64,000 bases of DNA from Abditibacterium sp. (GTDB taxonomy: Bacteria; Armatimonadota; Abditibacteriia; Abditibacteriales; Abditibacteriaceae): assembly GCA_965246885.1 (NCBI GenBank), contig OZ251992.1:64001-128000 (forward strand). Reading direction: 5' to 3'. The notes under the pieces are model-generated. The model was given only the letters and a program-made list of their open reading frames with translations. It had not been told where the DNA came from and searched no databases. How positions within the stretch are numbered: the stretch's first letter is position 1; each line of letters begins with the position of its first letter. Positions 1 through 9,094 of this stretch are shown here, piece by piece. Made by a program: the position numbers and the translations under genes.

Positions 1-1533
1 GCCGATGCCGTCCAAGCCCAAGCGGAAGGGCGCGTTGAACAAGTTGGTCTCGAAGTCGAGGTCGCCTAAGGTGCGCGCGTTGTGGGGATAAACCCCTTTG
101 CGAAGCAAGCGGCGGGCGGTAAAGTTGATGCCGGTTGTGTCGAACTCCGTGCCCGTCGCGCGGGGGATGTTGGTGGCGCCGGGGGTGGGAGTCGCGGGCG
201 TGACGGACTTGGATTTTCTGCCGCCGAGCAAGCCGCTCAAGCGCTCGGTCGCGGTGCGGGTGGCGGCGAGGGTGCCGTTGAGGTTTTCGACGGAGCCTTT
301 GAGGTTCGCTTGCAAGGACGGGTCGCCGACGATGCCCGCCAAGCTGCCGGACACTTTCTCCAAGTTGGCGGCACTCGCGTTGAGACTGGAGAATATGCCG
401 CGCGTTTTGCCGTCGGGAGTGTCGTTGAGGGCGCCCTTGAGTCCGGTCGCCGTGTCGCGGAGCGCTTCGGCGCTTTCGCGCAGGGCGGTGAGCGCTCCGG
501 TCAAGCTCTTGCCGGTGTTGGGGTCGGCGGCAAGGCCCGCGATGCCCTCGCTGGCGCGCTCGATGTTCTCGCTGGCGCGACGCAGGTTGGTGAACGAGGC
601 TTGCGCGTTCTCCTTGAAGCCGCCCGCTTTGAAGGTGAAGTTGAGGGTTTCGGTCAACCCCGCGATGTTGTTCGAGGTCTTGTCCAAGTTGCCCACAAGC
701 GAGCGGAACTGCGCGCGGTTGTCGCGGAACAGGCTGTCTATATTGCCGCGCACGTCGCCGATGATCTGCTGCGTTCCGTTGCTTAGCCCGTTGGTGAGGC
801 CGCCGATGCCGCGCGTGCCGACTTCAATGTTGTGCGCGGCGACGGCGGCCTCCGCCGAAGCGCGCTGCGCGTTTTGGAGGGTAGTGTCGAGGGAGCGCGC
901 GCTTTGCGGGTTGCCCAAGCCGAACTTGAAGCCCTGCGGCCCGAAGCTTTTGGACGCGTTGTTGGTCAGGCGCGCGACGCCATCAAGGGTGGCGGCGAGT
1001 TTCTCTTGCGTTTTCCCACTAAGCGCGCCTTTGTTGAGCAGTTCGAGGGTGTGGTTGAAGTTGTTGAGAGTGCGCGTCAGTTGGCGCGCGGTGTCCTCGC
1101 TCGAAGCCGCCGAAAACAGCCCGCCGACGGCGCGGCAGGGAATGATTTGGTCGCGCAGGTTGGGCAGATATTGCAGTTGGCGGGGACGGTATTGGCCGCG
1201 AATGTCGATGTAGTTCTCGCCGATAAGCCCGGAGTTCTGGACGGTGTACGCGTAGGACTGGAGCAACTGAAACGGCGGGTTGGAGCGGCGCACTTCGAGC
1301 GTCAGGATGGGGTCTTGCGTTTTGGGGTCGAAGCCGACTTCGGCGACTTGGCCGATTTTCACGCCGCGCAAGCGCACGTCGTTGCCTTGCGCGATTTGCG
1401 CCGCGCCCACCAAGCGCACGTAGTACTTGTCGGCGCCCAACCCCACGCCGCGCAGGTAAAAGTAGCCGAACACGATCACGAACAGACCGAGCAGGAACAC
1501 GATCCCAACCTTGATTTCGTTGCCGTAGCGCAT
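1..1533 (-). CDS. mlaD: MlaD/MCE family protein (3' end runs off the window)
   Basis: Manual minus-strand translation from ATG 1533: MRYGNEIKVGIVFLLGLFVIVFGYFYLRG...GNDVRLRGVKIGQV...SGLIGENYIDI (TM helix plus MCE motifs), then a long helical region; directly downstream of mlaF. Not in the ORF track because its stop lies outside the window. Confidence 0.85.
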   Translation of the reverse strand, partial: MRYGNEIKVGIVFLLGLFVIVFGYFYLRGVGLGADKYYVRLVGAAQIAQGNDVRLRGVKIGQVAEVGFDPKTQDPILTLEVRRSNPPFQLLQSYAYTVQNSGLIGENYIDIRGQYRPRQLQYLPNLRDQIIPCRAVGGLFSAASSEDTARQLTRTLNNFNHTLELLNKGALSGKTQEKLAATLDGVARLTNNASKSFGPQGFKFGLGNPQSARSLDTTLQNAQRASAEAAVAAHNIEVGTRGIGGLTNGLSNGTQQIIGDVRGNIDSLFRDNRAQFRSLVGNLDKTSNNIAGLTETLNFTFKAGGFKENAQASFTNLRRASENIERASEGIAGLAADPNTGKSLTGALTALRESAEALRDTATGLKGALNDTPDGKTRGIFSSLNASAANLEKVSGSLAGIVGDPSLQANLKGSVENLNGTLAATRTATERLSGLLGGRKSKSVTPATPTPGATNIPRATGTEFDTTGINFTARRLLRKGVYPHNARTLGDLDFETNLFNAPFRLGLDGIG

Positions 1534-1566
1534 GAGGAGTGCGGAGTGCAGGAAGCGCGCTCCTCT

Positions 1567-2322
1567 TTAAAGGATAATCGGCCCGTGCGCTTCGCCCCGC
1601 AGAAACTGTTGCACGACGGGCGAAGGCGAGGCTTCGACTTCGGCGAACGGGCCGCTCGCCACGATGTGCGCGTCGTGGAGCATCAGCACAAAGTCCGCGA
1701 TGCGGCGCACCGATTCAACGTTGTGCGTCACGACGACGTTGGTGGTGTGGCGCGTGTCGCGCACCTTGATGATGAGGTCGTCTATCACGCGCGTCATCAC
1801 CGGGTCGAGACCCGAATCGGGTTCGTCATACAGCACGATTTGCGGCTGCGTCGCCAACGCCCGCGCGAGCGCGACGCGCTTGCGCATGCCGCCCGACAGT
1901 TCCGAAGGCCGCTTGCCCTCGATGTCGTGGAGGCCCACCTCGCCCAGAAGTTCCTTGACGATGGGCGCGACCTCGGCGCGCGATTTCCCTTGGCGCTCCA
2001 ATCCAAAGCCAACGTTGTCGGCGACGCTCATCGAGTCGAAGAGCGCCGAGTATTGGAACACGAAGCCCATTTCGCGCCGCACCTCGTTAAGTTCCCGCTC
2101 GCTCAGGGGCACGATGTCCTGCCCATTGACGAGTATCTCGCCGTCGTCGGGTTTGAGCAGCCCCGCCATTAGCCGCAAGAGGGTGGTTTTGCCCGACCCC
2201 GACGTTCCGATGAGGCACGACACGGCGCCGCGCGCGAGCGAGAACGACAGGTCGTCCAACACCGCCTTGCGCCCGCCGTCGGGCGCGGGAATGGAAAACG
2301 AGACATGGCGGAATTCAATCAT
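1567..2322 (-). CDS. mlaF: ABC transporter ATP-binding protein, MlaF/Mkl type
   Basis: Walker A GTSGSGKT, FQYSALFDSM, LSGGMRKRVALARA, YDEPDSGLDP; start taken at MIEFRHVS. Confidence 0.9.
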   Translation of the reverse strand: MIEFRHVSFSIPAPDGGRKAVLDDLSFSLARGAVSCLIGTSGSGKTTLLRLMAGLLKPDDGEILVNGQDIVPLSERELNEVRREMGFVFQYSALFDSMSVADNVGFGLERQGKSRAEVAPIVKELLGEVGLHDIEGKRPSELSGGMRKRVALARALATQPQIVLYDEPDSGLDPVMTRVIDDLIIKVRDTRHTTNVVVTHNVESVRRIADFVLMLHDAHIVASGPFAEVEASPSPVVQQFLRGEAHGPIIL

Positions 2323-2430
2323 GGGCGGGAAGGGGGCGCAAGGCAAGGGCTTTCCCCTGATTCCTCTCATAGTTTGTCTTCCCCGCGCGAGGAGGCACGC
2401 GAATGGACGCTCGTCCCGCCAACTGCCCCC

Positions 2431-3792
2431 ATGAACTCCGTTATCCTTTTTGGCTTTCTCGCCAATTTTATGACTGCTGTTACTGTCGTTTGCGGCGTCG
2501 TGCTGATTCTGCTCGTGGCCTTCGATGTCATCGTAACGGTCTTGCACCCCGAAGTCGAGTCGCCGCTTTCGACGCGCTTCCAACTGCTTCTCTGGCGCGG
2601 CTTGCGCGCTTTGCAGCGCCTGCTCACGCCGCGCAGGGCCGAGGCAGATACGAGCCGCACCGTGCTCAACTGGGGCTTGCCACTTATGGTTTCGGGACTG
2701 ATTGTGTTGTGGCTGACAGTGCTGGCCTTCGGCTACGCCCTCATTTACTACCCTTGGATTGACGACCCGCACGCCTTCAACTCGATTCACACCGGGGCAC
2801 ACAGTTACTCCAAGGCGCTCTACTTTTCCGGCGTCACGCTCGCCACGCTTGGCTATGGCGACATCCAGCCCGTGTCATGGCAGTTCCGTTTGCTTTCCAT
2901 TTTCGAGGGCTTCACTGGCGCGGTCGGCATTGGCTTGCAGGTCGCGTACGTTCTGGCCGTCTATCCGGCGTTCTCGCGCCTTCGCACGGCGGGGGTGTCA
3001 CTGGATGCCGAAGTCGCCGGACAAGCCGGAGGCTTGCCGCTTTTGCGCCGCTACATGACCAGCCCCGGCCAGTGGAATCCCGGCTTGCCCGGACGATTGT
3101 ACACGCTCGCGCAAGACATCCTCGCCATCACCGAAGCGCACGAAACGCACCCTGTTCTGTATTACGCGCACCCGCGCCGCGTGCAGCACTCCTTTTTGCG
3201 CATCTTGGCGACCGCGCAAAACATCGTCATCCTCTTGCGCTACTGCCTGTCGCCCGATGTGCACCCCGACATGGTGCGCGACCCGCAACTGCTGCTCCTC
3301 GAACAGTCGCTGCACTACTCCTTGCGCCGCCTCAACGCCAGCCTGACCATCAGCGACTCGCAAGAAGAAATCATCACCAAGAACCGCGCGCATCTGACCG
3401 AGGAATACAACCGGATGTGCGCCCAACTGGAAGCGCTGGGCCTCACCTCGTCGCGCCAGAAAGCCACCACACCCGTCCCCGTCTTAGTGGACGCCGCGAT
3501 GGAGGAGGCGCCCAATGAACCCAAGGAGCGCCAAGACCCCGCCATCGAAGCGGGCACCGTCACGACCCAACCGCCCAGCACCGGCGACCACCCCGAAGTC
3601 CCCGACGGCTCCGACCCGCTCGAACTGCTCGACCCCGCCCTCGACTTGCAATCCAAATCCGCCCTCGACGCCTTCCTCGTCTTCCACGCCGAAACCGACT
3701 CATACCTGAGCGCCTACGCCCAAGCGTGCGGCTACACCGTCCAAACCGCCACCGCCGACCAACAAACCTCGTGGTGGGTGGGAGCAGGTTAA
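2431..3792 (+). CDS. Potassium channel family protein with long C-terminal region
   Basis: TM helices around ALYFSGVTLATLGYGD (TxGYGD selectivity filter). Confidence 0.8.
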   Translation: MNSVILFGFLANFMTAVTVVCGVVLILLVAFDVIVTVLHPEVESPLSTRFQLLLWRGLRALQRLLTPRRAEADTSRTVLNWGLPLMVSGLIVLWLTVLAFGYALIYYPWIDDPHAFNSIHTGAHSYSKALYFSGVTLATLGYGDIQPVSWQFRLLSIFEGFTGAVGIGLQVAYVLAVYPAFSRLRTAGVSLDAEVAGQAGGLPLLRRYMTSPGQWNPGLPGRLYTLAQDILAITEAHETHPVLYYAHPRRVQHSFLRILATAQNIVILLRYCLSPDVHPDMVRDPQLLLLEQSLHYSLRRLNASLTISDSQEEIITKNRAHLTEEYNRMCAQLEALGLTSSRQKATTPVPVLVDAAMEEAPNEPKERQDPAIEAGTVTTQPPSTGDHPEVPDGSDPLELLDPALDLQSKSALDAFLVFHAETDSYLSAYAQACGYTVQTATADQQTSWWVGAG

Positions 3793-5249
3793 TGACCTCC
3801 GCCACCACATCCCCCGCAACCTCCTCCCCCGCCCCCACCGCCGCAACCTCCCCCGCCAGCGTCGCCGCCCGTTGAGGCCGGGTATAAAACACTCTGCATT
3901 TGTGGTGGAAACGCTCCCGCGCCAAGGAGTGCGAAGCTCATGGAGAGCGCGTCGTAGTCCCCCGACAGTCGCGCTTGAGCGCTGGCGTCCGCGTCGTAGC
4001 GCGGCCCAAGGTGCAGCCTGAAACTTTGCGCTTCGGGCACGTGGCGCTCGAAACGAAGCTGATTCAAGAGGGCATCGCCGCTCTTCGAGCGCCGCGCCGG
4101 GTTCGTTAGAAAGTGGAACAACAAGGCCAGTAGAACCCCGCACGACAGCAGCAAGAACCCAACCGGGCGCTCGCGGCTCAGGCCGACCACGATTTTGATG
4201 GCGCCAACGCCCAACAGACCGAATGTCGTGCCCAACATCCAATTGTCCGCACGGCGCTCGACCTCGCGGCTTACCAGCAAGCCGAGGCCCCGCAACTTCT
4301 GGTCAATGGCGCCGAGTTCTCCCTCCAATCCGCGCCGTGCGCTGGAAGCGGGAACCTCGTTGCCGCCGGAAAGGCGCTGCCACAAAGCACGTTCAAAGGG
4401 GTGAAGCGGCGCGTCCACCCTACCCGTTGCTCGTATGCCTTTCTTTGTGGTTTCGAGCGCGCCTTTTTCCCAAAGCGACGCCAGCGCGACATCCACAGCG
4501 AGCATTTTACCGTCGCGCAAGCGTGCCACTTCGTAGGCGTCGAGCGGTTGCGCCGGTAACGCCGCGTCGTGGGGAAGTAGCAAGCGTTCGCGCGCCCACC
4601 ACGCCAATGCTAACGCTCCAGCGCTCAACGTCCAGAAGAACTGGAGAAACGCTTCGCCGTGCCAATCGAATACGTTCGGCCCTATGCTCTGGGCTTCGGC
4701 GCACCCCGCCAAGAACAGCAACAGCAGCACCGGTGCCAGTCGCATCTTACTGCCCAAAGGAACTGCCCCGCCCAAAGGCTTGTGAACAACCCACGCGCGG
4801 CGCAGATTCACGCGGCGAAACGAACTCGCCTCGCCGAACCGCACCGATAACGGTGGCCAAACGTCGCGCGGCGGCTCATGCCCAAACGCGGCGCGGTAAG
4901 AGTCAAGCGTCCGTTCATACCAGTTCTCGAACTTGTCGCCCTCGGCCCACCCGCCCTTAGTTGGGCCATGATGAAGCGGAAATCCCAGAATTTCGCCGCA
5001 CAGTTCATCCCAATACGAGCGCGTGTAAACGAGGTGCAGATGCCACGCCTGATCTACTTCGTCCGAAGGCGTGACCGGATGCCCACACGTCGCGGCCAGA
5101 AAGAGAAACCGTTTGTATTCCTCCACCACGCGCAACGCGAAGGGGTGAGTCCAGCCGTTGTCGCGCGCCAATCGCTTGGAAAACGAGAGCGCCGCGTCGC
5201 CATCCAAATCCAGAGCATCGAGCTTTCGCCGAAGAAGCTTTGTGTCCAC
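3789..5249 (-). CDS. Glycine-rich-domain / TIGR04222-type membrane protein
   Basis: N-terminal EYKRFLFL...PSDEVDQAWHLHLVYTRSY, middle LDAYEVARL and IVVGLSRERPVGFL, C-terminal GGGGCGGGGGGGGCGGCGG tail; start (GTG 5249) uncertain. Confidence 0.75.
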   Translation of the reverse strand: MDTKLLRRKLDALDLDGDAALSFSKRLARDNGWTHPFALRVVEEYKRFLFLAATCGHPVTPSDEVDQAWHLHLVYTRSYWDELCGEILGFPLHHGPTKGGWAEGDKFENWYERTLDSYRAAFGHEPPRDVWPPLSVRFGEASSFRRVNLRRAWVVHKPLGGAVPLGSKMRLAPVLLLLFLAGCAEAQSIGPNVFDWHGEAFLQFFWTLSAGALALAWWARERLLLPHDAALPAQPLDAYEVARLRDGKMLAVDVALASLWEKGALETTKKGIRATGRVDAPLHPFERALWQRLSGGNEVPASSARRGLEGELGAIDQKLRGLGLLVSREVERRADNWMLGTTFGLLGVGAIKIVVGLSRERPVGFLLLSCGVLLALLFHFLTNPARRSKSGDALLNQLRFERHVPEAQSFRLHLGPRYDADASAQARLSGDYDALSMSFALLGAGAFPPQMQSVLYPASTGGDAGGGGCGGGGGGGGCGGCGGGGH

Positions 5250-5330
5250 ACCGCCAGTGTGAACCCCCGCTAAGCGCGTTGCCACTCCAAAGCCGTTCAA
5301 GCGGGCGGGCTACACTTTTCGCCCTTGATT

Positions 5331-8081
5331 ATGAGTTCCACTCCCACCGAAATGGCGCCGCAGTTTGACCCGCATCCCGTCGAGGCGCGTTGGGGCGCGT
5401 TCTGGATTGAGAATGGCGTTGGGCGCGCGTCGGGCGACCCGGCACAGGCCAAGCCGTTTGTCCTCACCATTCCCCCGCCCAACGTCACGGGCGTTTTGCA
5501 CTTGGGGCACGCGCTTCAGCACTCCATTCACGACTGCCTCCTGCGCTACCATCGCATGAAGGGCGACGCGGCGCTGTGCGTGCCGGGGACGGATCATGCG
5601 GGCATTGCGACGCAGATAAAGGTCGAGCAACTGCTGCGGAGTGAGGGCACGTCGCGCGAAGAGTTGGGGCGCGAGGACTTTTTAGAACGCGTGTGGGAGT
5701 GGAAGGAGCGCTACGGCGCGACCATCATCGAGCAGATGCACGCGCTCGGCTGCTCCTACGACTGGGAGCGCGAACGCTTCACGATGGACGAGGGCTACGT
5801 CAAAGCCGTCCTGACGGTCTTCAAGTCGTGGTTCGACCGGGGGCTGATCTATCGCGGGTACCGCTTGGTGAACTGGTCGAGCGGCGCCAAGACAACCGTC
5901 TCGGACTTGGAAATCGAAGCGCGCGAGGTGAGCGGCTCGCTGACGTATATCCGCTACCCCGTTGAAACCTCCCCCGGCCCCTCCTCCGAGAGGAGGGGAG
6001 AAGCTGCCGAGTTCATCACCGTCGCCACGACGCGGCCCGAAACGATGCTGGGCGATACGGCGGTCGCGGTGCATCCCGACGACGCGCGGTATGCGCACCT
6101 GCGCGGGAAGAACGTGGTGTTGCCGCTGATGAACCGCGCCATTCCGGTCGTGTTTGATGAGTCCGTCTCGATGGAGTTCGGCACGGGCGCGGTGAAGATA
6201 ACGCCCGCGCACGATCCGAGCGACTATGAGATGGGCACGCGGCACGGGCTGGAAATGATCTCGGTCATTGGCTTCGACAACCTCATCACCGACGCGGGCG
6301 GCGCGTATGCCGGGATGGACAAAACCGACGCGCGCAAGCGCATCATCGCGGATTTGAAGGCGCTGGGATTGCTCGAAAAGGTGGAGCCAATCACGCACAC
6401 CGTCCCGCACTGCGCGCGCACGGGCGTGGTGATTGAGCCGCTTTTGTCCGAGCAGTGGTTCGTGGCGATGAAGGAATTAGCCCGCCCCGTCGCCGACGCC
6501 ATCCGCATGAATCGCGTGCGCTACCACGCGCCGCGTTTTGCGCAAACGAGCTTGGAGTGGTTAGATGGCATCCGCGACTGGTGCATTTCGCGGCAACTGT
6601 GGTGGGGTCACCGCATCCCCATCTACTACGGGCCAAACGGCGAAGTGGAGTGCTCGATTGAACCCATCGAGCGCGAGGGCTGGCACCAAGACGGCGACGT
6701 GTTGGATACATGGTTTTCGAGCGCCTTATGGCCCTTCGCGGTGTTGGGCTGGCCCGACGCCTTGGAGCGCGCGTGGTATCCCACGTCGGTTCTGATCACG
6801 GGCCGCGACATCCTCAACCTGTGGGTGTCGCGCATGATTACCACGAGCTTGGACTTTGTGGACGGCCAAGTGCCGTTTCACGATGTCCTCGTGCATCCCA
6901 CCATTCAGGACTCCTTCGGGCAACGGATGAGCAAATCGCTCGGCACGGGCATTGACCCGCTCGAACTGATAGACATCTACGGCGCCGACGCCACACGCTA
7001 CGGCTTGTTGCAACTCGCGGGCGGCGCGCAGGACACGCGGTTTTTGGATGGCGCCATGACCAAGCTGGGCGAAACGGCGGTCAAGCGGTGGATAAAGGAG
7101 CATCGCGGCGAAGCCCTCCCGCTCGAATGGAGCGACGCCGACGGCAAGCCGACCGAGCGCTTCCCGCAAATGCAAGCGGCGCGCAACTTCGCCAACAAAA
7201 TCTGGAATGCCGCGCGCTTAGTGCTGAGCGCGCAGGTTGACCAGTGGAATGGGGAACTGCCGCAAGACCTGCCCTCGCGTTGGATTGCCAAACAACTCAA
7301 CGAAACAATCGTCAAAGTCACCGACTCGCTGGACGCCTACGCCTTCGACGCCGCGTGCCGCACGCTCTACGAGTTCATCTGGGGGGACTTTTGCGATTGG
7401 TTCTTGGAAACGAGCAAGCCCCAACTGCGCGAAGGCGACGCGCAACATATCGCGTTTATGGCGCACGTTCTCGAAGTCTCGCTGCGCTTGCTGCATCCGT
7501 TCATGCCGTTTCTGAGCGAGGAGATTTGGAGCCGCGTTACGGGGCGAGAGGGCGTGTGCCTTGCCGCGTGGCCCCAAGCGTACCCTTACCAATCGCCCGG
7601 ATTCGAGTCGGACTTCTTTCTCATTCAAGATGTCACACGCGCGGCGCGTAGCCTTCGCACGCAAGCGCAAATCCCGCCTTCCAAAAAGGTCGCCATGACC
7701 GTCCAAACTCACGGGACGGACGGCTGCATGGGGAACCTGCTGACCAACGGCTATCTCGTCGCGCAACTGGCCAACGTGGAACCGCTTGCAATTCAACGGT
7801 TCGGCACCGAGCGTCCCGCCAATGCCATCGCCGAAGAAAACGAACTCTTCGCCGTTGTTCTGCCGCTCGAAGGCCTGATAGACGTGGCCAAGGAGCGCGC
7901 CAAATTAGAGCGTCAACTGGAAGCGGCGCAAAAGGACGAGGCCAAAGTTGCGGGCAAACTGGCCAACCCCAACTTCGCCGCCAACGCGCCTGCCGAAGTC
8001 GTGGCCAAAGACACCGCGCGCGTGGCCGAACTGCGCGGCCAAATCGAGGTATTGACCGCGCGCTTGGCGGCGCTTTCCTAA
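5331..8081 (+). CDS. valS: Valine--tRNA ligase
   Basis: PPPNVTGVLHLGHA, GTDHAGIATQ, DWCISRQLWWGH, RMSKS, C-terminal coiled coil KLANPNFAANAP. Confidence 0.97.
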   Translation: MSSTPTEMAPQFDPHPVEARWGAFWIENGVGRASGDPAQAKPFVLTIPPPNVTGVLHLGHALQHSIHDCLLRYHRMKGDAALCVPGTDHAGIATQIKVEQLLRSEGTSREELGREDFLERVWEWKERYGATIIEQMHALGCSYDWERERFTMDEGYVKAVLTVFKSWFDRGLIYRGYRLVNWSSGAKTTVSDLEIEAREVSGSLTYIRYPVETSPGPSSERRGEAAEFITVATTRPETMLGDTAVAVHPDDARYAHLRGKNVVLPLMNRAIPVVFDESVSMEFGTGAVKITPAHDPSDYEMGTRHGLEMISVIGFDNLITDAGGAYAGMDKTDARKRIIADLKALGLLEKVEPITHTVPHCARTGVVIEPLLSEQWFVAMKELARPVADAIRMNRVRYHAPRFAQTSLEWLDGIRDWCISRQLWWGHRIPIYYGPNGEVECSIEPIEREGWHQDGDVLDTWFSSALWPFAVLGWPDALERAWYPTSVLITGRDILNLWVSRMITTSLDFVDGQVPFHDVLVHPTIQDSFGQRMSKSLGTGIDPLELIDIYGADATRYGLLQLAGGAQDTRFLDGAMTKLGETAVKRWIKEHRGEALPLEWSDADGKPTERFPQMQAARNFANKIWNAARLVLSAQVDQWNGELPQDLPSRWIAKQLNETIVKVTDSLDAYAFDAACRTLYEFIWGDFCDWFLETSKPQLREGDAQHIAFMAHVLEVSLRLLHPFMPFLSEEIWSRVTGREGVCLAAWPQAYPYQSPGFESDFFLIQDVTRAARSLRTQAQIPPSKKVAMTVQTHGTDGCMGNLLTNGYLVAQLANVEPLAIQRFGTERPANAIAEENELFAVVLPLEGLIDVAKERAKLERQLEAAQKDEAKVAGKLANPNFAANAPAEVVAKDTARVAELRGQIEVLTARLAALS
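5968..6000. repeat. REP-like palindrome inserted in frame in valS
   Basis: CCTCCCCCGG CCCCTCCT-CCGAG-AGGAGGGG AG hairpin encoding TSPGPSSERRGE between YIRYPV and FITVATTRPET. Confidence 0.6.
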
Positions 8082-9073
8082 GCATCCAGCGTGGCAAGCA
8101 TCTCGCGCGTCAGCGCAAACCCGCGCGGTTTGCCGTCTGCAAACGCCGCCAAGTCGTCGGCCAAGTAACGCAGGATGCGCACAACAGAGGGCGCGATGCC
8201 GCCCGCGCGGTGTGGCGAAAGCAGCACGTTCGGCAACGCGCGAAACGGTGAATCGCGCGGGAGCGGCTCTTGGTCGAAGACATCGAGCGCCGCGAACAAG
8301 TCGCCGCGACACAAGCGAGCGAGTAGCGCCGCCGAATCTACCAAAGAAGCGCGCGCCACGTTGATCAGCACCGCGTCGCGGGGCATTGCTTCGAGGTGCG
8401 CGCGGCCCAGCAAGTGCGCGCTGCCCTCGTTGGCCGCCGCGCACAGGACGAGGACATCGGACTCGCGCACCAACTCCTCCAAGCCGACCAAGCGCGCCCC
8501 CAACTGCGCGGCGCGGGCGGGCGGCAGGAACGGGTCGTAAGCGCAAAGTCGCGTATGGAACGGCGCTAACAGTTCGGCCAAGCGCCCGCCGACGCCGCCC
8601 AAGCCGACAATCCCCACGCGCAACCCCGTCAGTTCGCGCTCATAAAGCGGGATGTCGCCGGGGAAGTCCGCCACCCACGCTTCCGCCGCGTTCCACATGG
8701 CGGCGTGGTAGTTCGAGGTGCGGCGCAGACTCGCCAGAATGAGCGCGAGCGCCATTTCCGCGACGGCGGGCGAAAAGCCGCGCCGCCCGACCGAAACGGC
8801 AATGTCGCGGTCAAGCAACGTCCTCGCAAAAGGCTGCGTGATGTCTATGTGCCCGCAAAAGCGCAAGCGCGGCGCCGCGTCGAGCATGGCGGGCGAGAAC
8901 ATCGGCCACGACCACATCAGGAGGGCATCCTTGTCGCGCAGAAGCGGCGCGATCTCTTCGGGAGTGTCGCACGACGCCCGCTCGATGTGGGCGAAGGTGC
9001 CCAATTCGCACCAAAAGTCGGCGAGTGGCGCCCAACTGAAGAACGTTGGCGGCAAGTTGACGAGCAGATTCAT
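8078..9073 (-). CDS. D-isomer-specific 2-hydroxyacid dehydrogenase family protein
   Basis: GIVGLGGVG Rossmann motif, LINVARASLVD, ALDVFDQEP, SPHRAG. Confidence 0.9.
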   Translation of the reverse strand: MNLLVNLPPTFFSWAPLADFWCELGTFAHIERASCDTPEEIAPLLRDKDALLMWSWPMFSPAMLDAAPRLRFCGHIDITQPFARTLLDRDIAVSVGRRGFSPAVAEMALALILASLRRTSNYHAAMWNAAEAWVADFPGDIPLYERELTGLRVGIVGLGGVGGRLAELLAPFHTRLCAYDPFLPPARAAQLGARLVGLEELVRESDVLVLCAAANEGSAHLLGRAHLEAMPRDAVLINVARASLVDSAALLARLCRGDLFAALDVFDQEPLPRDSPFRALPNVLLSPHRAGGIAPSVVRILRYLADDLAAFADGKPRGFALTREMLATLDA

Positions 9074-9094
9074 GGGATTGGGCGCGGGGCGCGG

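Noticed and set aside
3792..3860. C-rich low-complexity tract as a DNA repeat element
   Set aside because: It is the Gly/Cys-rich C-terminal tail of the minus-strand TIGR04222-type protein.
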